Notes under the pieces: generated by a model
What the model saw: only the letters and a program-made list of their open reading frames with translations
What the model was told of the DNA's origin: nothing
Database searches by the model: none
Part shown: positions 1 through 10,784 of the stretch, piece after piece
Position numbering within the stretch: the first letter of the stretch is position 1
Layout of the letters: each line of letters opens with the position of its first letter
Position numbers and translations under genes: made by a program
NCBI RefSeq assembly: GCF_036971445.1
Contig: NC_091473.1
Coordinates: forward strand, 205,530,001-205,594,000
DNA length: 64,000 nt
Direction of reading: 5' to 3'
From: Narcine bancroftii
Lineage: Eukaryota

Positions 1-2112
1 ATATATTGAAATCAGAACTTTTAACAAAGTGCATAATATATAAATGAAAATTACAACTATCGCAACCCATTCCACCCATCCTCAGGAAACTCCACAAGCG
101 AAGCATTAAGAAAATTTAAAAATTACATACAGCAGTTTAAGATAATAGTAAATTCGTACATTTCAAATAAGGCGACATCATCTTAACAAAAATGTCATAA
201 TTAGCATTCAAATTATATGTTATTTTCTCCATATAAATACAGGACCTCAACTCGTTATGCCAGCGATTTACATTTATCTCAACTTTGTAGTTTGAAAAAT
301 TCGCAACATGCTACAGCCAATGCTAAACATAGAAAATGCTGTCTGATATTTATCTAACTCCAAATGCATACATGGAGCAGTATAACCCAACAAAATATAT
401 ATTGGATCTTATAAAAGTTGTATTTTATGGAAATATTGAAGTAATTCCTTCATTATCCGCAAAAATGATTGAATTTTATCACAAAGCCAAATGGAATATA
501 AGCATGTACCTCCACATAATCTACATCTATAACACGACTCTGAATTACTAAATCCATAATTTTTCAATTTCACAGGGGATAGATATAACTAATGCAAAAA
601 ATATAATTAATCATACTAGATCTTTCATGAAACATTTTAGTCAAACCATCGAAACACATCGACTCCCAATCGGCCTGATTAATATCACAAGTTATATCAT
701 TTTTTCCATTTAATCCTAGATTTATCGAAATTTATTTTATCCACCTTGTCTTGTAACAATGCATTAATCTCAGAAATAAAACACTTATTTGAAAAATGAG
801 AAATAATAAACTCAAATTTCGTTAACTTCGGAATTTTCATTTTTCTTCCAAAATTATTTTTCACTAACGCTCTAATCTGATAATAAATAAACAAAAAATC
901 ACTGAAATTCCACATTTATCTCTAAGTTGATTAAATGATAAAAGTTTACCCTCCTCAAAACAATCCTGCAACGACAAATTTCTTTAGACTGCCATTCTCT
1001 TAGAAATCTATTATACAATGAAAAAGGAATCAATTTATTTTGATACATGGTAGCTTGAACCGATATTTTAACTTTCGAGCCTATTAATAAATTCCTTTTA
1101 GTCCAAATCTCTAACATATATTTTAAAATTGGTACGTTGTATCTCCGTAATAAAACAGAATTCCACTTAAATACAAATTGAGGTGAATAAGGTTCCCACA
1201 TATCAGCCAATTCTACCATAGCCCAAGTGGGGGTGGGGGACACGAAACATCCAGCTTACGGTTAATAAATGTTAATATGGCAACTTCATAATAATTTTGA
1301 AAATGAGGTCATTGTAAACCTCAGAAAGCATATTTAGAAGTAAATTTATGTATCACAACTCTGACTAATTTCCCATTCCATAAAAAATTCTCGAACTACT
1401 TAAGTTAAATCTTGAAAAAACATTTCGGAACTAAACAAAGAATTGACTGGAATAGATACTGAATTCGCGGAAAGATATTCATCTTAATACAAATTACTCG
1501 ATCTATTAACGACAGTTAAATCCTTCCATTTTATCAAATCCTCTTTAATCTTTCTCATCAATGATACATAGTTTAAATTATACAATGATTGAAGATTTAC
1601 ATCAATCACTGTGCTTCAATACATACTTTTATCAGTCCAACTTAGTTTAGTAATTTGTCTACACTGGTCATAATGTCGCTCAGAAATTGGTAATATTTCA
1701 CTTTTCATCCCAATTCATTTTATATCTTGATAATTTACCATAATATTCTAAACATTCTTGCAGTGAATTAAAGATAGTTCGAGATTAGTTAAATATATCA
1801 AATCGTCATCAGCAAATAAATTAATTCATCTTCTGTTACCCTTAGACCTCTAATATTCTCATTCTGCCTAATAGTTTGAGCTAATGCATCGATGACCAAC
1901 GCGAATAGAACGTCGACAAAGGACAACCTTGACGAGTTGAATGCGATAATTTAAAGAAAAAAGTGGTTTGATCATTTTTCGACACCCTAGCAACGGGATT
2001 ATTATATAATGCCATCATCAAACCAATAGGAAAGGGTACAAACATATATTTTACAAAACTTTAAAAAAATATTCCATTCGACGCTATCAAAAGCTTTTTC
2101 AGCATCTAGACC
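1..2112 (-). mobile_element. Decayed, 5'-truncated L1-clade LINE (ORF2 RT and C-terminal region) abutting V pseudogene A1
   Basis: Minus-strand LDAEKAFDSVEW (ORF 2002-2295), FADD-like motif near 1800-1820, GLQxPHFQNYY-like motif near 1290-1320; many stops and frameshifts. Confidence 0.85.
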
Positions 2113-2419
2113 CCTCGGAATTTGTGGTCTATGAAGGGCAGATCGTATCAATGAGCTGCAGTTACTAGATGAGCCTGACGGCATGTTTCTAGTACATTCA
2201 TCATGCTGTTTAATCTCCAAAATATTTGCTGAATATCTACAAGTCAGGCAAGGCGATTCTGTCTCCGGATTGTCTGAAGAGGATATCGGGTACATTGGAG
2301 AAAAAGAGTCTGAAATCCCACCTTAACATCTCTAAAAGCCTTGTGGAGGAATCCGCCGTGTATCTTTGCGCATTGAAGCACACGCTATTACCGGGCAGTG
2401 GCAGAATCGTACAAATAAC
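2113..2419 (+). pseudogene. TCR alpha/delta-type V pseudogene A1 (5' part cut off by L1) with 23-RSS
   Basis: VVYEGQIVSMSCSY*...SPKYLLNIYKSG...DCLKRISG...EESAVYLCALK with in-frame stops; heptamer CACGCTA 2381-2387, 23-nt spacer, nonamer ACAAATAAC 2411-2419. Confidence 0.9.
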
Positions 2420-3040
2420 GTAGCACACGAAATTAAATCTAACGCATTGGCTCGGGGGCGCCCTCGATGATGGAATGGAAGCGGCGGCGCGATCTTACTG
2501 GAGAGTCTACAGCAACGCGGAGTTGCTAGAGTATTGCCCTCCTTTCACCGTTTCTCTCTCTCTGCGTGCTCTGTGTCTGGGGTGGGAGGCTGTAAGTCAT
2601 GAAGAAATAGACAGCTATTTGCTCGTATATTGTACTTAAAGGAAGGAATGTTGTTTAGATAGAATGAAGGGAGAGATTAGCACTACTCTCGGAAGGTTAA
2701 ATAAGTGTAAGAATGAGTCGCGTCTAAACACCACGGGAGAAGTGGCGAGGGGGCCCAAGAAAATAAGAGAAGGTGATATGAAGGGATCAGCAAGTGTGAA
2801 GAAGAGACAGACGTGGGGAGTGTAAATGTAGATGTACAAACACGAGCGAAAATGACTGAGAATGAGAACAGCAAACATTAATACTCAGATTTCATTGGTC
2901 CAGGAACGGTGCCCTATTGAGCCATGTGCGAGAAGGGCGCCCATCTGTGTGTCCTTGAGGATGGATCGCCACTGACGCGACCCAACAGTCTTATATCGGG
3001 TAAAATGTTGAATTATTCGCTGTTTATCTTCCTGCTGGCT

Positions 3041-3492
3041 TCATTCCCATTCATTTGTTTGCTGAATCTGTGGGACGTTCGATTTGGCGAGCCTGTGACC
3101 TATTGGTCAGCGCGTGCCCCTACCGGCTCAGCGCAATTCCTCGCATATCCTGTACTGCGTGCAACGTTCCAGGAACAAATGGGTAAATGTAATAATACAC
3201 GGAAATGGCTGCAGGATGCCAAGCAGTGTCACTGACACGAGTTATTCGAGAAGTGTTACCTTATATTATTGGGACGTTAAAATTCCCGTGGATCGTGAAA
3301 TCTTGGATATAATATCCTATTCGATGTGGTTCGGTCTCACGATCGTCCGGACACGATGACGGTTACTTTGGAGAAAAGGGTCCCGATATCACACCTCAAT
3401 ATCTCGAAAGCTCTTAAACTGGACTTGGCCTTGTATCTCTGCGCGGTCGGCCTCACACTGTTTTTTGGAAATTGCGGAGATGCTCAAAAGTT
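3041..3492 (+). pseudogene. V pseudogene B1 with decayed leader and 23-RSS
   Basis: Leader remnant homologous to A leaders with GC donor at 3087; acceptor TTCCAG then exon at 3173 (GTNG*); ends SHLNISKALKLDLALYLCAVG; heptamer CACACTG 3454-3460, 23 nt, nonamer TCAAAAGTT 3484-3492. Confidence 0.85.
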
Positions 3493-3737
3493 GAGTCTGA
3501 AATCGGATGTGGTTTGAAACAAAAGGGGAGAAAGAGGGCGGGAGATCCCGTTAGGGATTGCAAAAGGCTGAGCATGTGTAAATGATAGATAGAACGAGCT
3601 AGAGGAATAGAATGAAAGAAGGGGAGAGAGGAAACGAGGGAGGAGATAAAACGACGGAAGACACGGGGAGTTTACAAATAGAGGGAGAAACAATGAAAGA
3701 AGGCCAGGGATCCAGACTGACTTCACATCTCTATCTG

Positions 3738-3767
3738 ATTTGTTCAGGAATTATATCATCAACCAAT
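3738..3767 (+). promoter_or_regulatory. Degenerate inverted-CCAAT / CRE-like / CCAAT module upstream of the A2 leader
   Basis: ATTTG..TTATATCA..CCAAT, homologous to better-preserved copies at 6487-6516 and 8076-8105. Confidence 0.4.
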
Positions 3768-3894
3768 CCTATGTGAAGGAAACTCATTCATATCTGCCTC
3801 AGATTGTTAGTTCACTCATAACATCGACCGACAAGTACTCTGTATTCAGCTGTAATAAAGGAAAATCTTCGCTTCTGACCTTAATCCGCATATC

Positions 3895-3940
3895 ATGGGT
3901 GTTCTGTGTTGTTTGCCGATTCTTTGCGTCGTTTTGACTG
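3895..3940 (+). CDS. TRAV/TRDV: Leader exon of V gene A2 (MGVLCCLPILCVVLT-G)
   Basis: ATG at 3895, 15 hydrophobic codons plus 1 nt, then GTAAGC donor; phase 1 matches the V exon at 4329. Confidence 0.85.
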
Positions 3941-4328
3941 GTAAGCCTGTCCGATTGGTCACCGAACTCTGTCCATTCCCCGTACTCGACGTGTCTTCAA
4001 CTTTAACATAAGTAAAGTTAGATGATTTCTCCAAGAATCAAACTCCTTGGCTGTCCCTCCGTTTACTCGTTTACTCGTTCACTGTCTCCTTACTGATCTA
4101 CATCGCGCGTACCCCACCCACTTTCTCTCTATCTATGTCGCTCCTTGCCGTTCGAATGAGAGAGAAACAAACCCGGTCTTGAATAGAGGATTTTTCAGCA
4201 TCCAACGTTAGCTTGCGACCTTGTGTCGGGTGAGCATTTGGAAAATTTCTTTCTTCCGAATTTAGGCCGGAAATCATGTTCCTCCTGAAGATTGGGCAGA
4301 TTCTATGGGTCGTTCTGCTTTGTTCCAG

Positions 4329-4629
4329 GGGCTAATGCGAATGATTCAGTAACCCAAAGACCGCCGCAAATGATCGTCGTTGAATGGCAGATTGTGAAAC
4401 TGAATTGTAGTTATTCGATGAGTTCCTACGCTTACTTTTGGTATATTCAACATCCCGGAGAATCACCAAAATATTTGCTGAAAATCCAGACGTCAGGACA
4501 GGTGGTTCCTTCTCGCGATTGTCCTGAGAGGATATCGGGTTCCTTAGAGAAAACGAGCCAGAGATTCCACCTTAATATCTCACAAATCCGCGTGGAGGAT
4601 TCCGCCGTGTATCTCTGCGCCGTGGAGCT
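4329..4629 (+). CDS. TRAV/TRDV: Coding-intact TCR alpha/delta-type V exon A2
   Basis: TGTTCCAG acceptor; GANANDSVTQ...LNCSY...FWYIQHPGESPKYLL...EDSAVYLCAVE with both canonical Cys, the Trp, and no stops. Confidence 0.88.
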
Positions 4630-4668
4630 CACGCTGTTCCAGGGCGGCGCGGGATCTGCACAAAAACT
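4630..4668 (+). other. 23-RSS of V gene A2
   Basis: CACGCTG + 23 nt + ACAAAAACT. Confidence 0.92.
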
Positions 4669-4879
4669 CACCTCGAGATTTTTCATCGCTCACGGTGGCT
4701 AGAGGGCGCTCTCGGTCTCCGGAAGACAGTTCTGTCAGTCAGATTAATGGAAGGGTGAAGTCAACGCCGAGGTTCTGGTGATTTTCCCTCCTCTTGCGTT
4801 TATTTTTCTCTTCATCCGTTTCGTTTTTTGAGGTTGAAGTTAGGATGTCAGGGAGGGAGAAAAAGTGAATAGCTGTTTG

Positions 4880-5400
4880 CGAGAATATAGTGGGAAAAGG
4901 GAAGTTGTGTTTTTGTGATGCAAATTTAGAGATGGATAAAGGCGGTGTGGGTAGGGCAGGAGCGTAGCTCCACAATCATGAGTAAATATGGCATAGAGTA
5001 GGGGACAAAGCAGGCAAACCTGGAGTGATGCCGTGTTTCTGCTCAGCGTAGAGGAGGTGATGTTGCCGATCAGCACTGTTGGGGTCTTCCAATGAGGAAG
5101 TCATATATCCAGTCACAGAAGGCTGGACAAAGTCCCGGATCTTTTAGATCGGCTTTGCAAGTGTGAGGGTGTTGAACGCCGAACATTAGTCCATGAACAG
5201 CAAACCCACCAAGGTGTTTCGGCGGTCTCGGTGATTTAATGCGTAGTGAACTGTCAACGATAGGGCGGTCGTCAGTTGTGCCCACGGGCGATGGACGAAC
5301 TGAAGTGTGTCCAGTTCCTTCCCGTGATTGGTGATAATGCGCTCGATATACAACCGGTCAAAACATTTCCTCCAAGTCATTTAACTTGCTCCTGTTGTGA
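4880..5400 (-). mobile_element. Rex1/Babar-type LINE RT fragment
   Basis: Minus-strand KCFDRL...LDTLQFVHRP...ALNHRD...LLFMD, FCDWIYDFLIGRPQ and ISKFA motifs; same family as 51722-52800. Confidence 0.75.
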
Positions 5401-5765
5401 AAGACAAGGAGAGCACAGTGGAAGCAAAAGCTCATCGAAATGCTGGAGCAACACAGCCGGTGTCGGAGATCCCAAAAAGGAGGGAAAATACCTAACCGAC
5501 GTTTCGTGTCTGAGCCCATCTTCAATGAATAAGAGAATCTCAAGAAGGTGTTCAAATAAAGTCTGCAGACTGACCGGGTTTGGGGGGAAGGGTCTTCGAG
5601 AATGACAGTTGCTAATTGGTTATGGAAGGTAAAGATGTGAGAATTGATTTGTTTCTGTCAAGGGAGTCGTGGAAATTCGCATAGACAGAGACACAGAACG
5701 AGAGACATGGATAGATGAGAGAGAGATTTTGAGTAAGAAAGAGAGATTTTGAGTAAGAGAGATAG

Positions 5766-5768
<3 letters not shown>

Positions 5769-5845
<77 letters not shown>
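5769..5845. repeat. (GA)n microsatellite
   Basis: Direct reading; near-perfect GA run. Confidence 0.97.
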
Positions 5846-5848
<3 letters not shown>

Positions 5849-5899
5849 CGCGGGGTAATGCAACAGGAGGAAGAATTACCTCTTTAACTTTATCGTGAC

Positions 5900-6237
5900 T
5901 TCCTTCCCTTTCAGTTGTTTTCTGATTCTGTGGACCGTCGTACTTGGCGAACCTCTGATTGATTGGTCAGCTCGTGTCCCTCCCGGCTCTGCGCAATTTA
6001 TCGCATAGTTCATGCACTGCGAGTTTCGTTCAGGCACAAATTGAAATATCGTGGCCCATATATTATATGGTTAAAAATAATAACCTAGACGATGTTGGTC
6101 CGCCTCGAATTGTCCGGACAAGATGACTTTGGATAAATGGTTCCGGATATTACACCTGAATACCTCGAAAACTGTTGAAGTGGACGTAGCGGTGTATCTC
6201 ATGCTGTTGCTTGGAAATTGCGGGAGGCACAAAAATT
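5900..6237 (+). pseudogene. V pseudogene B2, internally deleted, lacking the second Cys
   Basis: Homologous to B1; exon starts at 6034; ends EVDVAVYL directly followed by CATGCTG 6200-6206, 22 nt, ACAAAAATT 6229-6237. Confidence 0.8.
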
Positions 6238-6635
6238 GATTCTGAAATCGGATGTGGTTTGAAATCAAACGCGAGAAAGAAGATGCAAGAGCACGTTAGG
6301 GATTGCTTAATGTTAAACAGGTGAAAATGTGAAAATGTGAGACAGAGTTAGCGTCAAGTATAGAACGAAAGAAGGAGAGAGGGGGCGAGGGAGGAGGTAA
6401 AAAAGGGTAGATGCGTGGAGTGTACAGGTAGAGGGTTCGTGAAGCGAGGGGAACGCGATGCAAAGTGTCTTCACGAACGCGATCTTATTGGTTTAATAAT
6501 GACCTCACCAACCAAGCCTGTATGAAGGAAACACTCTCATATCTCTCCCAACTGATAGACCGCTCATAACATCGCCCACCAATTGTACTACGGTACCATA
6601 AGGAAATCTTCGCTGATGACCTTAATCCACATACC

Positions 6636-7450
6636 ATGATCTTCCTGAGTGGTTTGGTGATTCTTTGGGCCGTTCTGACTGGTGAGTCTGTCGGACTGGT
6701 CAGTGAACTCTGCCAGTGCTCTTTCTCTACGAATCTCTAGTTTTAACCTAATTAAAAACAGACAATTTCCCCAAATTATTTCGCTATCCCTTGCACGTTC
6801 TACCTCCGCTTACTAATTTACCCACTATTTGTGTTTACTGAACTTCCTTGCAGTTTCACTTTTGCTCTCCATCACCCCTCTCTAGCTCTTCCCCGTTTTC
6901 GTGAGAAGGAAACCGCGAAACAAACAGAGTTTTTGTTGCATCCGACGTTGGTGTGGTTGAGGATTTGTAAAATATCCTTCTTCCGAATTTAGACTGGCCA
7001 TCATGTTCCTACTGATTTGATGGCTGATTCTATGCACCGTTCCAAATGTTGAGACTAATTGGTTAACTCGTGCCGCGCGGGTTCAGTGCCATCCAGCGAC
7101 GTTCACTCATTTTGTTTTGTTCCAGGGGCGAGGGCAAAGGATTCAGTGGCACAAAGCCGGCCGCAAATGACAGTGCATGAAGGGCAGATCATATCAATGA
7201 GCTGTAGTTACTTGAGTAGCCCGGACACTGATTTTTGGTACATTCAAAATCCCGGAGATTCTCCAAATTATTTGGTGACAATCTACACTTCCCGAGTCGT
7301 GGTTCAGTCTCACGATTGTCCTGAGAGAATATCGCGTTCTTTGGTGAAAAAGAAAATTAAATCCCACCTCAACATCTCTGAAAGCCTTATGGAGGATTCC
7401 GTACTGTATCTAACGCAGCTGCAGGGCAGTGGCAGATCCACATGAAAAAA
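6636..7450 (+). pseudogene. V pseudogene A3: intact leader (6636-6681) and open V exon (7126-7411), but the second Cys is deleted and the RSS is mutated
   Basis: MIFLSGLVILWAVLT-G|GTGAGT; GARAKDSVAQ...SCSY...FWYIQNPG...DCPER...EDSVLYL, then AACGCAG 7412-7418, 23 nt, ATGAAAAAA. Confidence 0.9.
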
Positions 7451-7516
7451 AAGGAACCTCATGGAATTTAATCAGCGCAATTCCTCACATATAATAAACT
7501 GCGTGCCTCTTTCCAG

Positions 7517-7825
7517 GAACAAATGGGGAACTGTAGTGACACACGGACACGGCCGCGGGAAGGAAAGCAGTGTCACTGACTTCAGTGACTCGACAAATGT
7601 TACCTTATATTTTTGGTAGTTAAAACGGCCGTTGACCGTTAAAAAATGTATATAACATCCTAGTCGATGTGGGTCCGTGTCACGGTTGCCCGGACAGGAT
7701 GACGGTTACTTTGGAGAAAAGGGGAAGGATATTCCACTTCAAAGATCTTGCACTGGCTTGGCCGTGTATCTCTGCACGATGTGGCTAACACTGTTCTTTG
7801 GAAAAAGGGGTGACGCACGAAAGCT
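7517..7825 (+). pseudogene. V pseudogene B3 (leader removed by deletion)
   Basis: TTCCAG|GAACAAATGGG as in B1; frameshifts; LAVYLCTMW; AACACTG 7787-7793, 23 nt, ACGAAAGCT 7817-7825. Confidence 0.82.
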
Positions 7826-8075
7826 GATTCTGAAATCGGATGTGGGTGGAATCAAACCCGAGACAGAGGAGGCGAGAGCGGGTTAGGGACTTCTAATGTT
7901 CGAGCAGCTGCAAATATTAGATAAAATTAGCTAGAGGAATAGAATGAAAGAAGGGGAGAGAGGGAGCGAAGAAGGAGATATAAAAGAGGTGAGACTCGGG
8001 GAGCGTACAGGTAGAAAATAAATCCTTGGTGAAAGAAGGAGAACGCGATGCAGACTGTCTTCTCAACGCCATCTG

Positions 8076-8105
8076 ATTGGTTGATGAATGATATCATCAA
8101 CCAAT
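8076..8105 (+). promoter_or_regulatory. Palindromic ATTGG / TGATATCA / CCAAT module upstream of an A-family leader
   Basis: ATTGGTTGATGA-atgata-TCATCAACCAAT, a perfect 12-bp inverted repeat about 120-145 bp before ATG 8223. Confidence 0.55.
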
Positions 8106-8222
8106 GCTGTGTGAAGGAAACATTCATATCTGCCCCAGGTGTTAGTCGCTCATGACATCGTCGCAACGTTTGTACTGCGGTAACATAAGGAAATCTTCGC
8201 TGATTATCTTAATCCACATACC

Positions 8223-8268
8223 ATGATCTTCTTGAGTGGTTTGGTGATTCCTTGGTCCGTTCTGACCT
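8223..8268 (+). CDS. A-family leader exon (MIFLSGLVIPWSVLT); its V exon is not assembled
   Basis: Near-identical to leader 6636-6681 with GTGAGT donor; the intron runs into Ns at 8446. Confidence 0.75.
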
Positions 8269-8445
8269 GTGAGTCTGTCTGACTGGTCAGCGACATCTGC
8301 CATTGTACTTTCTCTACGACTCTCTAGCTTTAACCTAATTAAAGACAGACATTTTCCCCAAATTCCTTCGCTCTCCCTTGCACGTTCTTCCTCCCCTTAC
8401 CCACTTACCCACTCTCTGTGTTTACTGAAGTTCCTCGCAGGTCAC

Positions 8446-8591
8446 NNNNNNNNNNNNNNNNNNNNNNNNNNNNNNNNNNNNNNNNNNNNNNNNNNNNNNN
8501 NNNNNNNNNNNNNNNNNNNNNNNNNNNNNNNNNNNNNNNNNNNNNNNNNNNNNNNNNNNNNNNNNNNNNNNNNNNNNNNNNNNNNNNNNNN
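8446..8591. other. Assembly gap
   Basis: Run of N. Confidence 1.
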
Positions 8592-10784
8592 TAACTGCAT
8601 GAAGCTAATTTTCTTGAATTTTAAATATGTTGAGGAAACAGGAAAAACCATGAACTGTAAATCTGTTTGAGAAATAGGTAACACAATAAATCGTTCGCAG
8701 GTGGCTGTCTTTGGAGAGTGGGGGTGTGGGAGAGGTGGAGAGGTGGAGAAAGAGAGGGAGAGAGGTGTGGGAAGAGAGGGAAAGGAAGAGAGAGAGAGGG
8801 AGAGAGAGAGAGAGAGAGAGATGGAAGTCAAAATGTCCCTTTCTCGGATGTCTGATCATCCGCTATTGTTCTAGAAATTTGTTTGTTCCATGTCATGTGG
8901 CTAAAAAAGTATTATCAGTCCAGTATTGCTGAGATTCGCGATCAGCAAGAGCCGTGACACATCTTAATGATGATTTTGCGTTCGATTTCATCACTGATCG
9001 TGTTATGTTCCTAAACTTCAAATGAGAATGCTATCAGATGTTTGCCGATATGTTGTTACATCCAATCCGATCGTTGGCAGGTGTTGGCGCAGTAGAGGTG
9101 TGGGTTCATTGTTTGGCATTTGTGTTGTTGCCTCGGGTTTGGCGGACCTTAATTATATTCACACACGAAGTATTATATAGTGCCAATTTTAAGAATACTC
9201 CAGCTCCTCAGATAACTTTCCATTTCAATATTGTCACCTGTAAGCAGGAATTGGAAAATGGAAATTATTACAAATATTAATGATAAAGAAGGAATTTTCT
9301 GTTTGTGAAAAGGGGCCGCCAGGACATGACCGGAGTATAGCGTGAAACAGCATTGGCTGTCCGGTTTCTGTGCGTCCACATCTTCAGTTACACATATTCG
9401 GATTAATAATACGAGATATGAAGGTACCGATGTACGATATTATTGTTATGTACTGAGTTATAGGCCTTGCTCAGGCTGAAAACCATAAATTTGCTGGCAA
9501 TGGTTTTTCACATTGGAGGTCCTGCGAAGGGAGTTTAATGAATGCCAAGGAGGTGGGCAGTTAAATGCACAATTATAGTAATAGCACTGCTGCATTTTCT
9601 AACATTGAGTTTAAATTAGATATTGTATTGTTCTTTGGCGAAGAGTTACTTGCAATATGCTTTTTAGAAGATCGCTGAAGAAGTCAAAGTCTAATAAAAT
9701 GAACTTGCTGCATAAATGATTTCAATACATGAAATAATAACGTGTTTCATCACATCGTCTGTTTGCTCTGCATTCTTGATCACCGAAGCCAACCACGAGA
9801 ATAACAGAATAACCACGAGCCAATAACAGAGAAAATATGTCGACGGAACCTGCGAGCAGAATATTTCCTCGCATACTCAGACTGGTTGGCAACCTAAAAA
9901 TCTATTTACTACATATCTTCACAAATCAATGCAATCTAAAACAGGCTTCCTCACCACCTACCATACGGTCCTTTAAACCGAGACATCAAGGCCACGAGCT
10001 AAGGTGGAATAACCTGATGATTAATGATTCGGTGATCTGTTTACTTGATGAGAACACTACCGGCATACGACGTATCTGTGAAAAATAAATTAAAAAAACC
10101 CACAGCTGTTCCAACAAGGAACCGAAAAAAAATCCCACGGTCATTGGTATTTGCAATTTAGAAATAGAAGAGAGAGAGACTCAGCCAATCAGGAAGAATC
10201 CATGGACATAAATTATCATTAAACATATCAGATCAGCACCGTTGACTCGATTATTGGTTCCGATCAATAATTGTCACTGCGTATTTCATTCCACTGATGA
10301 TTCCTGTCCGTCCAGCGGTGTCATTTCAGTCAAGAGGACTCATAACCTCCCAATAGAAGGCTCTCTCTTTCTCCGAGACGCAAGGGAGAGACAAGCAGTG
10401 TAGAATACCGACATCGTCATTCACACAAACGAGTATTGGAAAGTTTTCACTCTCTATTACATTCTGTTTCATTAGTTGTTTGGAGGAAATAATCTAGCTC
10501 GAGTCGAGGCCCAACTGGAACTGCATGAAATTGAAATCAAAAAAGCTTTGAATTGATTGGTGAAATCGAAGAAAGAAGGAGAAATACGACTATAGGAGAT
10601 AACGAGCAACAGATTCAAATTGCGGTTGGTGTGATCGGAGAGGGTGAGAGCATTGTACTGAGCGGCTGTCACTCTGGCAATCACGAGAGAGACCAGACTT
10701 CACAGCTCTATTTGTACCTCCGATTGCAAACTATTTCTGAATCATGTCGATTCAGCTCAAATTCATCCTCGGCGCCTCGCAACT

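Noticed and set aside
4918-4925. Ig octamer ATGCAAAT
   Set aside because: It falls inside the antisense KFA(DD) RT motif of a Rex1/Babar fragment. Other octamers (about 21262, 30813, 31033) are in repeats and not upstream of leaders.
5612-5863. SL- or CV-repeat ORFs (also 43767-44279) and ORFs spanning N runs
   Set aside because: Artefacts of microsatellites and assembly gaps.
7126-7825. Leader-V immediately followed by a leaderless V, resembling the NAR-TCR two-V arrangement
   Set aside because: No D or J lies between them, neither V is IgNAR-like, there is no CDR1 Cys, and B1 and B2 retain leader remnants. B3 lost its leader by a simple deletion and both segments are pseudogenes.
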